The position numbers and the translations under genes were made by a program. The notes below the pieces were generated by a model. That model worked only from the letters and a program-made list of their open reading frames with translations. It was not told the DNA's origin and ran no database searches. From contig CAMAXE010000002.1 of NCBI GenBank assembly GCA_945862145.1, positions 165 through 64,164 on the forward strand: a stretch of DNA of 64,000 nucleotides, written 5' to 3'. Positions 28,707 to 39,930 of the stretch are shown one piece after another. This DNA is from Klebsiella pneumoniae (lineage in GTDB: Bacteria; Pseudomonadota; Gammaproteobacteria; Pseudomonadales; UBA5518). How positions within the stretch are numbered: position 1 is the stretch's first letter; every line of letters starts with the position of its first letter.

Positions 28707-29285
28707 TCACGTCCGCCCGGCACGGCGGCGCTGCTCGGCCATCTGTACCTGCATGACGTGGCGAGCGACCAGCTGGCGTTCGGTATCCTGCAGGCTCTCG
28801 AATGCAACGCTGATCTCGGTGTCGCCGGCGGCGGTGGTTTCGCTCTTCAGCACCAGGCCGAAGGTGGTTACTCCGGTCCATGCCGGCAGGAGCAGGAGGC
28901 GCAGGGCCACGAAGCTGCCTACGCGGAGCGCCTGCGCGCAGCGGAACACGACGCCGCCCTCGCTGAGCGATATGGATTGCTCCTCACCGGTCGCGGTGTC
29001 GGGTGCTTGCGCCAAGGTGTGCCGTGACAGCAGGTCGATCCTGCGGTTTATCACGTGGAGATAACTGGCCACGGCGCGGTCTTTCTCGCCGATGGCTGCC
29101 AGGATGGGGGTGGCTTCCTGCTCGAGCCGCAGTAGCTCCCGCGACAGCAGCAGTGCCGGGCTGTCGCTGAAGAAGGTGTCCGGTCCCGCGTCTTCGGGCG
29201 GCCGCTCGCCGAGTGACCGGAAGCCGACTATGGCGCGACACTCGATCCGGTAGAAATCGCGATGGTTGCCGCTATCGTGTTGCAT
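28707..29285 (-). CDS. PilZ domain protein (c-di-GMP receptor)
   Basis: RDFYRIE (RxxxR) and ISLSEGG ([DN]xSxxG) motifs. Positioned next to lolC, as in Pseudomonas synteny. Confidence 0.7.
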   Translation of the reverse strand: MQHDSGNHRDFYRIECRAIVGFRSLGERPPEDAGPDTFFSDSPALLLSRELLRLEQEATPILAAIGEKDRAVASYLHVINRRIDLLSRHTLAQAPDTATGEEQSISLSEGGVVFRCAQALRVGSFVALRLLLLPAWTGVTTFGLVLKSETTAAGDTEISVAFESLQDTERQLVARHVMQVQMAEQRRRAGRT

Positions 29286-29407
29286 CAGGTGTCGCTCCGA
29301 ACGCTGCAGGCCCCGGGTTTGCCGAAGTATAGTTCGCCCGCCTTGGCGCGGCAAAAGTGCCCTCTGCCATGCGACCGCCGTGCGCAGCGCTGTGCTTAAA
29401 TAAGGTC

Positions 29408-30646
29408 ATGTTTCGTCCATTTCCCCTTTTCATCGGACTCCGCTATGCGCGTGCGCGCCGCGGCGCCCGTTTCGTGTCAGTGGTGTCTGCGGTGGCGCTC
29501 TGCGGCCTCGCTCTGGGCGTGATGGCGCTGGTGGTGGTGTTGTCCGTGATGAACGGGTTCGACCGTGAACTGCGCGAGCGCATTCTCTCGCTGGTACCGC
29601 AACTCACGGTGCGTACACTGGATGTCGCGGAAGACTGGAACCCCTTGGCGCAGCGCCTGGCGGCGCTCCCCGGCGTGCAGGCTGCAGTGCCGTGGATCGG
29701 TGGTACGGCGATGCTGAGTACGCCGGGTGCCGTGCGCGGAGTCGAGATCAGCGGTCTGCGCCCGCGTGAGGATGCCGCCGCCGCGGGGGTCACGGGCAAG
29801 ATGGTTGCCGGCTCCCTCGATGCCCTGGAGCCCGGAGGTTTCGGCATCGTGCTTGGGAGTCTGCTCGCCCGCTCGCTCGGGGTAGATGTGGGCGACATGG
29901 TTACTGTGATGTTGCCCCAGCTCACGGTGACCCCAGCGGGCGCGTGGCCGCGCATGCGGCGCTTTCGGGTGGTCGGCCTGTTCCGGGTCGGCGCGCAGGT
30001 CGATGCCGGCAGCGCAATGATCCATCTCGCGGACGCTGCCAGGCTCTACCGCACGGGCCAGGGCGTGCACGCCGTGCGACTCGTGCTCGAGGAGCCCTCG
30101 AACGCACCCGCGCTTGCCGCGCGTATCGCCGCGGCGGAGCCGGCCAGAGCCATCGAGGACTGGAGCCGTACGCAGGGAACGCTCTTCAGCGCGGTGCGTA
30201 TGGAGAAGCGCATGGTGACGCTGCTGCTCATGGTGGTCGTGGCCGTTGCCGCCTTCAACATCGTGTCCATCCTCACCATGGTGGTGGCGGAAAAGCGCGG
30301 CGCGATCGCGGTGCTGCGCACCATGGGCGCGTCGCCCGCGCAGATCATGGCTATTTTCGCGGCACAGGGAACGCTCACGGGCCTCGCCGGCATTGCCGCC
30401 GGGCTTGCGCTCGGGATCCCGGCGGCGGTCAATGCAGGCGCGATACTCGCCTGGTTCGAGGAGCTGCTGGGCCAGCGGCTCTTCGATCCCAACGTGTATT
30501 TCATCAGTTACCTGCCCTCGCAGCTGCAGCGCGGTGATGTGCTCCTCGTGAGCACAGCGGCCCTTGTACTGTGCGTGCTCGCCACCCTCTATCCCGCCCG
30601 CCGGGCGGCGGGCATCGGTCCGGCTGAGGCCCTTCGATATGAGTGA
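29408..30646 (+). CDS. lolC: lipoprotein-releasing system permease LolC
   Basis: [24 protein letters not shown]...[16 protein letters not shown], periplasmic domain, and C-terminal FtsX-type helices. 412 aa. Confidence 0.88.
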   Translation: MFRPFPLFIGLRYARARRGARFVSVVSAVALCGLALGVMALVVVLSVMNGFDRELRERILSLVPQLTVRTLDVAEDWNPLAQRLAALPGVQAAVPWIGGTAMLSTPGAVRGVEISGLRPREDAAAAGVTGKMVAGSLDALEPGGFGIVLGSLLARSLGVDVGDMVTVMLPQLTVTPAGAWPRMRRFRVVGLFRVGAQVDAGSAMIHLADAARLYRTGQGVHAVRLVLEEPSNAPALAARIAAAEPARAIEDWSRTQGTLFSAVRMEKRMVTLLLMVVVAVAAFNIVSILTMVVAEKRGAIAVLRTMGASPAQIMAIFAAQGTLTGLAGIAAGLALGIPAAVNAGAILAWFEELLGQRLFDPNVYFISYLPSQLQRGDVLLVSTAALVLCVLATLYPARRAAGIGPAEALRYE

Positions 30647-31343
30647 TACGGCAATTCCCGCAGACGTCGTGCTGGCCTGCCGTGCGCTCTGCAAGTCCTA
30701 CCGTGAAGGGTCTGCAGAACTGCGCGTGCTCGATCACCTCGAGTTCGATCTGCGGCGGGGCGAGCGGCTGGCGATCATCGGCCAGTCGGGCTCGGGAAAG
30801 AGCACCTTGCTCAACATGCTCGGCGGGCTCGATGTGCCAGGGTCGGGCGAGGTGTGGCTCGACGGCAACCGCATCAGCGCTTTGGGCGAGCGCGAGCGCG
30901 GCTGGCTCCGTAACCGCGCCCTTGGCTTTGTCTACCAATTCCATCATCTGCTCGGCGAGTTCGACGCCGAGGAAAACGTCGCCATGCCATTGCTGATCCG
31001 TGGCGAGTCGCCGCGCGTGGCGAGCGAGCGTGCCCGGGCGATGTTAGCGCGCGTCGGTCTCGCCAAGCGCCTCGACCACAAACCGGCCGAGCTTTCCGGT
31101 GGTGAGCGCCAGCGTGTGGCGATTGCGCGGGCGCTGGTCGGCGCGCCGCACTGCGTCCTGATGGACGAGCCCACCGGCAATCTCGACGAGACCACCGCCG
31201 CCGGCATACACGCATTGATGGACGAGCTCAATCGCGACGGTGGGATCAGTTTCGTGGTGGTCACGCACGATCGCGGGCTCGCCTCGCGCATGGATCGCGT
31301 GTTGCGGCTCTCGGGTGGGCGACTGCACCCGGAGCCGCCGTGA
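30639..31343 (+). CDS. lolD: lipoprotein-releasing system ATP-binding protein LolD
   Basis: [27 protein letters not shown] and [10 protein letters not shown]. The start overlaps the lolC stop (ATGAGTGA). Confidence 0.92.
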   Translation: MSDTAIPADVVLACRALCKSYREGSAELRVLDHLEFDLRRGERLAIIGQSGSGKSTLLNMLGGLDVPGSGEVWLDGNRISALGERERGWLRNRALGFVYQFHHLLGEFDAEENVAMPLLIRGESPRVASERARAMLARVGLAKRLDHKPAELSGGERQRVAIARALVGAPHCVLMDEPTGNLDETTAAGIHALMDELNRDGGISFVVVTHDRGLASRMDRVLRLSGGRLHPEPP

Positions 31344-32584
31344 ACTTCCCGTGGCGTTTCGCCTTCGCGGTCGGTCTGCGCTACGCGGGGCGTTCCCAGC
31401 GCGGCGCCCTGGTGGCGTTCATCTCGCGCGTATCCAGCGCGGGCCTCGTGCTGGGCGTTGCACTGCTGGTGTTGGTGCTTTCCGTGATGGACGGATTCGA
31501 GCGCGAGTTGCGCGAGCGAATCCTCTCGCTGGTACCCCACGTCACGATCCAGCCCCTCGAGCCGGTACGCGACTGGCGGGGCTTGGTCGCGGCGGTAGAG
31601 GCGCATCCCGAGGTGCTCGCTGCGGCGCCCTACGCGGACGTGCAGGGGCTGCTGATGCACCGGGGCAAAGTGTTGCCAGCGCTGATTCACGGCTTGGACC
31701 CGGAGAGCGAGCAGCGCATCTCGGTCATCGGCCGTTATGCCGCCCCGGGCGCGCTCGACAAGCTCGAGGGCGATGCAGCGGCAGTACTGCTCAGCACGTC
31801 CCTCGCCGACGGCCTGGAGATCAGCGCTGGCGAAGAACTGGTGCTACTGGTCCCCGAGCTGAACCAGCGCGGCCAGATCGTGCCGCGCAGCCAGCGCGTC
31901 CGGCTTGCCGGGGTGTTTGCTACCGGTACTGAGGTCGACAACCTGCTGGCGCTCACCTCGCTCGGTCTCGCCCAGCGGCTGCGCGGCGCTCCGGGTGCAG
32001 CGCAGGGCGTGCGCTTCCAGGTGCGTGAGCTCTTTGCCGCGCCGCGGGTGCGTCGCGAGGTGGAGCAGGGGCTGGGGCCACGTTACCCCGGCATCGACTG
32101 GACCCGTACGCATGGCAATCTCCACGAGGCCATCCGCATGTCCCGCAATCTGGTGGGTGTGCTGCTGTTTCTGATCGTGGCGGTGGCGGCTTTCAATGTC
32201 GTGTCCACGCTTTTCCTGATCGTGAAGGACAAGGAGGGAGACATCGCGATCCTGCGCACGCTGGGTGCCAGTCCTGCCTCGATCATGCTGATCTTCATGA
32301 TTCAGGGCACGCTGATCGGACTGGTGGGGGCGCTCGCGGGAGGTGCGGTGGGTGCGCTGCTGTCGCTGGTGGTGACCGATGTGGTGAGCGCGGTCGAACG
32401 CCTGTTCGGTATCCAGTTCCTGCAGGCCTCGGTGTACCCCGTGAACTATCTCCCCGCGGACCTCTCCGTCGCGAACGTTGTGCTGGTGTGCGGGGTTGCG
32501 CTGGGGATGAGCTTCGCCGCGACGCTGTACCCCTCGTGGCGCGCGGCGCGCATGCACCCGGCGGAAGTCCTGCGATACGAGTGA
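31340..32584 (+). CDS. lolE: lipoprotein-releasing system permease LolE
   Basis: Paralog of lolC ([23 protein letters not shown]...[16 protein letters not shown]). The GTG start overlaps the lolD stop. Confidence 0.88.
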   Translation: MNFPWRFAFAVGLRYAGRSQRGALVAFISRVSSAGLVLGVALLVLVLSVMDGFERELRERILSLVPHVTIQPLEPVRDWRGLVAAVEAHPEVLAAAPYADVQGLLMHRGKVLPALIHGLDPESEQRISVIGRYAAPGALDKLEGDAAAVLLSTSLADGLEISAGEELVLLVPELNQRGQIVPRSQRVRLAGVFATGTEVDNLLALTSLGLAQRLRGAPGAAQGVRFQVRELFAAPRVRREVEQGLGPRYPGIDWTRTHGNLHEAIRMSRNLVGVLLFLIVAVAAFNVVSTLFLIVKDKEGDIAILRTLGASPASIMLIFMIQGTLIGLVGALAGGAVGALLSLVVTDVVSAVERLFGIQFLQASVYPVNYLPADLSVANVVLVCGVALGMSFAATLYPSWRAARMHPAEVLRYE

Positions 32585-32654
32585 TCCTCTCGCGTACTGC
32601 AGGCTTGCAATCGGTGCGCAAACACGGCTGAATGCAAGCAACTCGAACCCAAGG

Positions 32655-34988
32655 ATGGGTGACAGCATGTATGCAAGGATGCTCCTCGCCGCGGCAGGCA
32701 TTGCCGCCGTCAGTCAGTTCCCCACGCTTCCGCCCCAGGCGCTCATTACTGCGTGTCTGCCGCTGCTTCTACCCGCGCTTTTGTGTGGTCCGCGACTGTT
32801 GCGATATGTCGCGCTCGTCCTTGCGGGCGTGTGCTGGGGGGTGCTCGACGGCCATCGCATGCTCGCCTCCATGCTGCCGCCGGAACTCGAAGGCCATGAT
32901 GCCAGCCTGCAGCTGTGTCTGGAGGGATTGCCGCTCGAGCGCCGCGAACACGGCTCGCCGGTCTGGATGCTGCGTGGAAGACTGCTGGAGCCGCTGCCGC
33001 TGCCGGGAGGCGGCCTCTGGACGGGGCGTCGGGTCGAGTTCAGCTGGTACGGGCCGGGTGAGTTCCATGCGGGTGAGGCGTGGCACATGCGCATCCGGCT
33101 CCGGGCGCCGCGCGGCTTTGTGAATCCGGGCTCGCCGGATCATCAGGCCCGGCTACTCGCCAATGGCGTGCACGCCACCGGCTATGTGCGGGAGGCTCAC
33201 AGCGCCCAGCGCATTGGCCGGTGTTCGGCAGCCCTCGATCCCTGGCGCGAGCGTCTGCGCGACAAGCTCGTGGCCCATGCGGCAGGCCACCCGCGCATTG
33301 GCGGACTCCTCGCGCTCACCATTGGTGATGCCTCGATGTTCCTGCCGGGCGACTGGGAGCTATTCGCTCGCAGCGGCACCACCCACCTGGTGGTGATCAG
33401 CGGCATGCATATCAGCCTTGTGGCGGGTTTTGCCTTTGCGGGCGCACGCTGGTTGGCCCGCCGTTCGCCGATGCTTCTCGCACGTCTGCCGGCCCGTGCC
33501 TGGGGGGCGCTGGCTGCGGCGCCGGCGCTCTGCGCGTATGCGGCGCTCGCCGGTTGGTCTGTTTCCGTGCAGCGCGCGGTGGTGATGGCGCTCACGCTGC
33601 TGGTGGCGCTGTTGCTAGAGCGCGGCGCACCGGTGCGGACTGCTCTCGCGCTGGCAGCGCTCACGATCCTCGCGTGGCAGCCGCTCGCCGCGTTGCAGCC
33701 GGGTTTCTGGCTCTCGTTTCTCAGTGTGGCGGCGCTGGTGGCCGGCTTGGGTGGGCGACTCCGGCGCCTGCGCTGGCGCGACACGCTCTGGCGTCCGCAG
33801 GTGGTGGTTGCCGTCGCACTTGCCGTTCCGCTGGCTGCGATGGGCCTCCCCCAGGCTGCGCTCGCCCCGCTGGTGAATGTGGTGGCGATCCCGCTGGTTG
33901 ATCTGCTGGTTGTGCCCGCGGCGCTGCTCGGTTGCGTGCTGCTCGGTGTGTCGAACACCGTGGCCGGCCCGGCGCTCGATCTGGCCCTGTGGGGCCTGCA
34001 ATGGCTGCAGTCGCTGCTCGAATTTGCCGCTGCTGCGGGGCCGGCACCCCTGCAGCCCGCGGATGTGCCATCCGTGTGGGCCTATGTGCCGGCGGCGTTT
34101 GGCACGCTGTGGTTACTCGCTCCCCGTGGCCTGCCGGGCTGGGTTGCGGGAGCGATCTTGCTGCTGCCGGTGTTGCTGCCGCGCACCGCGACGCGGCCCC
34201 TGCTCGAGGTGCTGTTCGTCGATGTGGGGCAGGGCGCGGCAACGGTGGTGCAGACGCGCGGGCACACGCTGGTCTATGACACAGGGCCACGCTTCAGCGA
34301 GCGCTTCGATGCGGGCCGGGCGCTGGTGGTTCCCGCGCTGGCGGCACGCGGCTCGCGCCGGGTCGATCTGCTGATGGTGAGTCATGCCGACAGCGATCAC
34401 GCCGGCGGACTCGAGGGATTGCGCCGTGGCATTCCCGTGCTCGCCGAGCTCCACGGCGAACCGCCTGCCGATCAGGCAATCGCACGTTGTGTGCGCGGCA
34501 TGTCATGGCGCTGGGACGGCGTGGAATTCCGTGTGCTGCATCCTGTCTCCGGTGACGGACGACGCGACAATCCGGCCTCGTGTGTGCTGCGGATCGAGGC
34601 CGCCGGACGTGTCGTCCTGCTCACCGGGGATATCGATGCCGGTGTCGAGAGGCTGTTGCTGCAGTCGGGGCCTGCGGAGCTGCACGCCGACCTTGTGCAA
34701 GTCCCCCACCACGGCAGCCGAAGCTCGTCGGGCGCGGGCTTCGTGGCGGCTGTCTCGCCGCGCTGGGCGCTGGTGTCCTCAGGCTTTCGCAACCGTTTCG
34801 GCCACCCCCACCCCGATGTCGTTGCGCGCTGGCGCTCCAAGGGCTCGCAGATCCTCGATACGGCAGTGGACGGGGCGATCCTGCTGCAGGTGGATGACAC
34901 GGGCCAACTCCGCCCGCCGGTGCGCTGGCGCGAGCGTGAACGTCGCTTCTGGCACCGCGACGCCGGGCGTCTTGCTCAGCCTGATTGA
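32655..34988 (+). CDS. comEC: DNA internalization-related competence protein ComEC/Rec2
   Basis: Polytopic competence domain plus C-terminal metallo-beta-lactamase domain (FVDVGQGAATVV, VSHADSDHAGGL, VPHHGS). ATG 32667 is an alternative start. Confidence 0.9.
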   Translation: MGDSMYARMLLAAAGIAAVSQFPTLPPQALITACLPLLLPALLCGPRLLRYVALVLAGVCWGVLDGHRMLASMLPPELEGHDASLQLCLEGLPLERREHGSPVWMLRGRLLEPLPLPGGGLWTGRRVEFSWYGPGEFHAGEAWHMRIRLRAPRGFVNPGSPDHQARLLANGVHATGYVREAHSAQRIGRCSAALDPWRERLRDKLVAHAAGHPRIGGLLALTIGDASMFLPGDWELFARSGTTHLVVISGMHISLVAGFAFAGARWLARRSPMLLARLPARAWGALAAAPALCAYAALAGWSVSVQRAVVMALTLLVALLLERGAPVRTALALAALTILAWQPLAALQPGFWLSFLSVAALVAGLGGRLRRLRWRDTLWRPQVVVAVALAVPLAAMGLPQAALAPLVNVVAIPLVDLLVVPAALLGCVLLGVSNTVAGPALDLALWGLQWLQSLLEFAAAAGPAPLQPADVPSVWAYVPAAFGTLWLLAPRGLPGWVAGAILLLPVLLPRTATRPLLEVLFVDVGQGAATVVQTRGHTLVYDTGPRFSERFDAGRALVVPALAARGSRRVDLLMVSHADSDHAGGLEGLRRGIPVLAELHGEPPADQAIARCVRGMSWRWDGVEFRVLHPVSGDGRRDNPASCVLRIEAAGRVVLLTGDIDAGVERLLLQSGPAELHADLVQVPHHGSRSSSGAGFVAAVSPRWALVSSGFRNRFGHPHPDVVARWRSKGSQILDTAVDGAILLQVDDTGQLRPPVRWRERERRFWHRDAGRLAQPD

Positions 34989-36340
34989 GGCAGTGTGCGG
35001 ATGACTTCGCACTCCAGCGATCCCCGCGCCAGTCGCGCCAGCACGCGCGTGCCCGGTGGTACTTGCGAGGCATCCTGCAGGACCGCGCCGGCGGCGTCGC
35101 TCACGATGGCATAGCCGCGATCGAGCGTGGCGAGCGGACTCACCGAGTCGAGCAGGCGCGCACTTGCCGCGAGTCGTTCGCGCCGCTGTGAGAGGGCTGC
35201 GCGCATTGCGCCCTGGAGTCGCCGCTGGAGTTGGCCGAGCAGGCGCTCGCGGTCGCCCAGAGTCGCAGCGGGATTGCGCACGCCAAGTCGTGCGCGCACG
35301 GCGCCCAGACGTCGCTCGGATTCTCGTAGCCGCTGGCGCAGCGCGCCACGCAGGCGTACCTCCAGTTCGTCCAGGCGCTGGGCCTGCTCACGCAGGCGCG
35401 CACCGGGGTGGCGAAGGCGTCGCGACAGCCATTGCACGCGCTCCGCCGCCCGTGCGAGCCGGCGCGTCGTGACTTGATGCAGGCGCAGTCTCTGCGCCCC
35501 GAGCACGGCAAGCAGCTGGTCGCGATCCGGGCTGATCAGCTCTGCCGCCGCGGAGGGTGTGGGCGCGCGCAGATCGGCGGCGAAATCCGCCAGGGTGAAG
35601 TCGGTTTCGTGGCCCACGGCCGAGACCACGGGCAGCGCACTGGCGTGGATGGCGCGCACCACGGCCTCCTCGTTGAACGCCCATAGATCCTCGATTGATC
35701 CGCCGCCGCGGCCGACCAGCAGCACGTCGAGTGGTGGCTCGAGCGTGGTGGCCAGGGCGTTGGCGCTGTTGATGGCGAGCGCGATCTGGCGCGACGCATC
35801 GGCGCCCTGCACCAGCACTGGGAACACCGTGACCCTGAGCAACGGGTAGCGTCGCGCCAATACCGTGAGGATGTCCTGCAGCGCGGCTCCTGCCAGCGAG
35901 CTCACCACACCGAGGTGCGCTGGAAAGGCAGGCAGGGGGCGTTTGCGTGCCTCGTCGAAAAGGCCCTCTCCGGAGAGTCGCAGCCGCAGCGCCTCAAGTG
36001 CACGCTGCAGTGCGCCGAGCCCTGCTGCTTCCAGTTCCTCGGCGATCATCTGGTACTCGCCGCGTGCGACGTACAGGCTTATGCCACCGCGCACCAGCAC
36101 GGAGTCTCCGTTGGCCGGTCGCAGACGCGCGCGGATGTTGCGGCCGCGGAACATCGCGCAGCGCAACTGAGCACCCGCATCCTTCAGGGTGAAGTACCAG
36201 TGCCCCGAGGACGCAGCCTGAAAATTGGAAATTTCCCCCTCGACCCACACGGAGGGCAGGGCGCCTTCGAGCAGGCGCCGGCTCGCCTCGTTCAGTTGCG
36301 ATACGGTGAGGACGCGGCGCGAGTCATCATCGCGGGACAT
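34976..36340 (-). CDS. xseA: exodeoxyribonuclease VII large subunit
   Basis: LTVSQLNEASRRLLEGALPSVWVEGEISNF...HWYFTLKD (OB fold), GVVSSLAGAALQDIL, GRGGGSIEDLWAFNEE and GHETDFTLADFAAD. Confidence 0.92.
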   Translation of the reverse strand: MSRDDDSRRVLTVSQLNEASRRLLEGALPSVWVEGEISNFQAASSGHWYFTLKDAGAQLRCAMFRGRNIRARLRPANGDSVLVRGGISLYVARGEYQMIAEELEAAGLGALQRALEALRLRLSGEGLFDEARKRPLPAFPAHLGVVSSLAGAALQDILTVLARRYPLLRVTVFPVLVQGADASRQIALAINSANALATTLEPPLDVLLVGRGGGSIEDLWAFNEEAVVRAIHASALPVVSAVGHETDFTLADFAADLRAPTPSAAAELISPDRDQLLAVLGAQRLRLHQVTTRRLARAAERVQWLSRRLRHPGARLREQAQRLDELEVRLRGALRQRLRESERRLGAVRARLGVRNPAATLGDRERLLGQLQRRLQGAMRAALSQRRERLAASARLLDSVSPLATLDRGYAIVSDAAGAVLQDASQVPPGTRVLARLARGSLECEVIRTLPQSG

Positions 36341-36361
36341 CGATTTCGCTCCGGGTGTCGT

Positions 36362-36740
36362 TCAGGCAAAAAGCAGGCGTGCGAGCCGCGAGCGCTGGAA
36401 AGGCCGCCACGCCCCCTCGGGCTGCGCGAGGCGGTCGGCCAGCAGGTACATCACGGCGGCGCTGTAGCCGAGACCTACATGGCTTGCCCTGACGCGGATG
36501 TTCTGGGTGAGTGGGGTCGTCGTAACCCCAGGCGCGGATGTAATAACGCAGCACCGCTGTCGAGCCGTCGGCACCCACAAAGCCTGGCAGCACCATCACC
36601 GGGTGCGCGTCGCCACCGCGAGCGCGCCGCAGCCATGGATGCGCGAGCAGCAGGGCGTTCAGTTCGAGAACGAAACGTCCCGGCTCGGTGAGCGCGCAGA
36701 CGAGGCGTGGTTGCGGCGGTGTGCTCTGGTCCGTTCGCAT
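36362..36740 (-). pseudogene. remnant of an alpha/beta-hydrolase gene: N-terminal ~70 codons fused out of frame to ~50 C-terminal codons
   Basis: The frame from ATG 36740 reads ...HPVMVLPGFVGADGSTAVLRYYIRAWGY, then loses codon bias. A second frame with very high GC3 takes over at about 36510 and reads ...NIRVRASHVGLGYSAAVMYLLADRLAQPEGAWRPFQRSRLARLLFA* (stop at 36362). The catalytic core is missing. Confidence 0.4.
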
Positions 36741-36801
36741 CGGGGCCTCTCTGGGTCTGGCGCGGAGTGTAGCGCCCGCGAGGCGCTGCTACATCCCATG
36801 T

Positions 36802-37518
36802 TCAGTCGCGCGCTGGCAGGAGAGTGGCGGCCAGCACCGGCAGGGCGGTTTCGACCCGCAACACGCGCGGTCCCAGCGAACAGGCGCTGAAGCTGGCTTC
36901 GCCGAACAGGCCGATCTCGTAGTCGGTGAAGCCACCTTCCGGACCGATGGCCAGCGTCACGGGGGCGGGCGCGGCGGTGGCCATCGCCGCCGCGCCGGGG
37001 TGTGCCACCAGGCGCGTGCTGCCGGCGGCGATAGTGGCAAGTTCGTCCTCGACGAAAGGTTTGAGGCGCGGGCGCAGCTCCACTGCGGGCATCACGGTAT
37101 CGATGGCCTGTTCAAGCCCTGCTGCGCAGTAATCGCGCAGTCGTTCCGGCGTCAGCAGCGGGCTCTGCCAATAGCTCTTCTCGACGCGCGTGGCGTTTAG
37201 CAGCCAGATTGTCTTGATGCCCAGTTCGGCTGCTGAGCGCAGGACACGGCGGAGCATTTTCGGGCGCGGCAGCGCGAGCAGGAGTGTCAGCGGCAGCGGC
37301 GCAGGCGGCGGGTCCCGCAGCTCGAAGGCAAGGCTGGCCACGCCCTCGTTCACCTGCTCTACCGTTGCCGTCCCGATGCGGCCGTCCAGCAGGCCTACGC
37401 GCAACTGGCGACCCGGGGCGGGCGGCCAAAGCCCCGCGCGTGGTGGGTAGCGGGAGACGCGGATCAGGGCTCTCCCGGGTGTTGCGATTTCCTCCGGGTG
37501 CAGCAGCAGCAGGTTCAT
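36802..37518 (-). CDS. rsmE: 16S rRNA (uracil1498-N3)-methyltransferase RsmE family
   Basis: A PUA-like N-terminus, then [23 protein letters not shown] and [12 protein letters not shown], the RsmE SPOUT motifs. Confidence 0.8.
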   Translation of the reverse strand: MNLLLLHPEEIATPGRALIRVSRYPPRAGLWPPAPGRQLRVGLLDGRIGTATVEQVNEGVASLAFELRDPPPAPLPLTLLLALPRPKMLRRVLRSAAELGIKTIWLLNATRVEKSYWQSPLLTPERLRDYCAAGLEQAIDTVMPAVELRPRLKPFVEDELATIAAGSTRLVAHPGAAAMATAAPAPVTLAIGPEGGFTDYEIGLFGEASFSACSLGPRVLRVETALPVLAATLLPARD

Positions 37519-38840
37519 CCGTCCACGCGGCGCGCGTAAAGATCATAGTCATCCGCGCCCGTCACCTCGACGCGTATCAGTGAGCCCTGCTGCAACCCTG
37601 CCGCATCAGCAATGTGAACTACGCCGTCGATCTCCGGGGCGTCGGCGTGCGAGCGGGCTGTTGCGGCCCCATTCTCTACGCGGTCGACCAGGACCTCGAT
37701 GTGCCGGCCCACACGCCGCTGGAGTTTCTCGGCGCTGATCCCTGATTGCAGCTCCATCAGTTGCTGCCAGCGCTCCTCCTTGACCTCTTCGGGTACGGCG
37801 CCCGGCAGCGCATTTGCGGGGGCGCCGTCCACCGGTGAATACTTGAAGCAGCCGACGCGGTCGAGCTCGGCTTCGTCCAGGAAATCCAGCAGTTCCTCGA
37901 AGTCCTCATCAGTCTCGCCGGGGAAGCCCACGATGAACGTGCTGCGGATCGCGATGTCCGGGCAGACTTCGCGCCAGCCGTGGATCCGCTCGAGCACCGC
38001 TTCGGCATGCGCCGGACGTTTCATGAGTTTCAGGATGCGGTGGCTCGCGTGCTGGAAGGGGATGTCGAGGTAGGGAACGATCTTGCCCTCTGCCATCAGG
38101 GGAATGATGTCGTCGACGTGTGGGTAGGGATAGACGTAATGCAGGCGTACCCAGACGCCCAAGCTGCCGAGTGCCTCGCAGAGTTCCTTCATACGCGTGC
38201 GTAACGGCCGTCCCTGCCAGAACCCCGAGCGGTATTTGAGGTCCACGCCATAGGCGCTGGTGTCTTGCGATATGACCAGCAATTCGCGCACACCTGCCGC
38301 CACCAGCCGCTCGGCTTCGTCCATCACCTCACCGATCGGTCGGCTGACCAGATCACCGCGAAGGTGCGGAATGATGCAGAAGCTGCAACGGTGATTGCAG
38401 CCCTCGGAGATTTTCAGGTAAGCGTAATGCCGCGGGGTGAGTTTGATCCCCTGCGGGGGCACCAGATCGAGAAAGGGGTCATGGCTGCGCGGAGGAAGGG
38501 GCAGGTGCTGGTGCACGGCGCCCACCACCGCCTCGTAGGCGTGCGGGCCGGTCACGGCAAGCACCTGCGGGTGCGCGGCGCGGATCTCCTCGGCACGGGC
38601 GCCCAGGCAGCCGGTGACAATCACGCGACCATTTTCCTTCAGGGCTTCGCCGATCGCGTCCAGCGACTCCTGTTTGGCGCTGTCAATGAAGCCGCAGGTG
38701 TTTACCACCACCACGTCGGCGTCGGCATAGGTCGGAACCAGTTGGTAGCCATCCATGCGCAACTGGGTGAGGATGCGTTCCGAATCGACCAGTGCTTTCG
38801 GACAGCCGAGGCTCACGAAGCCGATCTTGGGGGTGCTCAT
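37515..38840 (-). CDS. rimO: ribosomal protein S12 methylthiotransferase
   Basis: [27 protein letters not shown], radical-SAM CNHRCSFC, and a C-terminal TRAM domain. The stop overlaps the rsmE start (ATGA). Confidence 0.93.
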   Translation of the reverse strand: MSTPKIGFVSLGCPKALVDSERILTQLRMDGYQLVPTYADADVVVVNTCGFIDSAKQESLDAIGEALKENGRVIVTGCLGARAEEIRAAHPQVLAVTGPHAYEAVVGAVHQHLPLPPRSHDPFLDLVPPQGIKLTPRHYAYLKISEGCNHRCSFCIIPHLRGDLVSRPIGEVMDEAERLVAAGVRELLVISQDTSAYGVDLKYRSGFWQGRPLRTRMKELCEALGSLGVWVRLHYVYPYPHVDDIIPLMAEGKIVPYLDIPFQHASHRILKLMKRPAHAEAVLERIHGWREVCPDIAIRSTFIVGFPGETDEDFEELLDFLDEAELDRVGCFKYSPVDGAPANALPGAVPEEVKEERWQQLMELQSGISAEKLQRRVGRHIEVLVDRVENGAATARSHADAPEIDGVVHIADAAGLQQGSLIRVEVTGADDYDLYARRVDG

Positions 38841-39075
38841 CGGCGTGTCCGCGGCGAGTGAAGATCGCCCATTGTAGCGGAGAGCGGACGCTCAGAACCG
38901 CTGGGCGCCGTGGGCTCCGTGGTCGCGCACGCACAGGCCGCAGTCGCGCAGGCGCAGCAACAGCTCGCGCCGCTCCTCGAGCCCCAGAAACTCGCCGGGC
39001 TCCCTCCGTGTCGATTGAGATTGAGGACGCCTTCATTCTAAGCTCCAACCCACCCCTCTGGAAAAGAGCGCGACC

Positions 39076-39930
39076 ATGGCCGAAACGCTGCGTCTGCTGA
39101 TCGATCCGCATGAACTTAAGGCCTTGGTCGGGGGCTCACGGCCGCCGGTAATCGCTGACTGCAGGTTCCTGCTCGGGGATGCGCAGGCCGGCGAGCGTGC
39201 CTATGCCCAATCCCATCTGCCCGAGGCACATTACATTCACCTCGACCGTGACCTCTCTGGCCCACGCGGGATTACAGGCGGGCGCCATCCGCTACCGGAT
39301 GCGGCCGCCTTCGGTGCGACGCTGGCGCGGATCGGACTTGCGGAAGGCCAATTGCTGGTCGCTTACGACGACTCCCGTGGTGCCTATGCCGCCCGGCTGT
39401 GGTGGCTTGCGCGGTACTTCGGCCACAAGGAGGTGTGTGTCCTCGACGGTGGCTGGTCGGCTTGGTGTGCTCAGGGCTTGCCGGTGACCCCGGATATCCC
39501 TTCGCCGGGTAACGGCTCCCGGTCCATGCGCCCGGCCACCGGGATGGTCGTGGAATTCGAGGATCTTGCCGACCCGCTCGCGCGGCGGGAGTTCTGCCTG
39601 GTCGATGCCCGCGACCCGCCGCGTTACGCCGGTGTCGAGGAGCCTATAGATCCCATCGGTGGTCACATTCCGGGCGCGATCAATGTGCCGTGGGGTGCAG
39701 CGGTGGGCGTTGACGGACGCTTCCTCGGGCCCGCCGCCCAGCACGCGCGATGGGAGCCGTCAGCCGCCGAGCCAAGGGTGATCTACTGCGGGTCCGGCGT
39801 GACGGCCTGCGTCAATCTGTTTTCTCGGGCACTGGCCGGCTATGACTCTGACCGCCTTTATCCGGGCAGCTGGAGCGACTGGTGCTCACGCGATGGTGCC
39901 CCGATTGCCACCGGAGGCGACCCCGGCTAG
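39076..39930 (+). CDS. sseA: sulfurtransferase (tandem rhodanese; thiosulfate/3-mercaptopyruvate type)
   Basis: Two rhodanese domains. Active-site loop YCGSGVTACV, with GHIPGAINVPW upstream. Confidence 0.82.
   Translation: MAETLRLLIDPHELKALVGGSRPPVIADCRFLLGDAQAGERAYAQSHLPEAHYIHLDRDLSGPRGITGGRHPLPDAAAFGATLARIGLAEGQLLVAYDDSRGAYAARLWWLARYFGHKEVCVLDGGWSAWCAQGLPVTPDIPSPGNGSRSMRPATGMVVEFEDLADPLARREFCLVDARDPPRYAGVEEPIDPIGGHIPGAINVPWGAAVGVDGRFLGPAAQHARWEPSAAEPRVIYCGSGVTACVNLFSRALAGYDSDRLYPGSWSDWCSRDGAPIATGGDPG

Noticed and set aside
36327-36740. ORF-track 137-aa ORF taken as an intact small gene.
   Set aside because: Its last ~65 codons lose codon bias, are Arg/Pro-rich, and run into the xseA start. 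An overlapping frame with strong bias ends at 36362. It is better explained as a frameshifted remnant.
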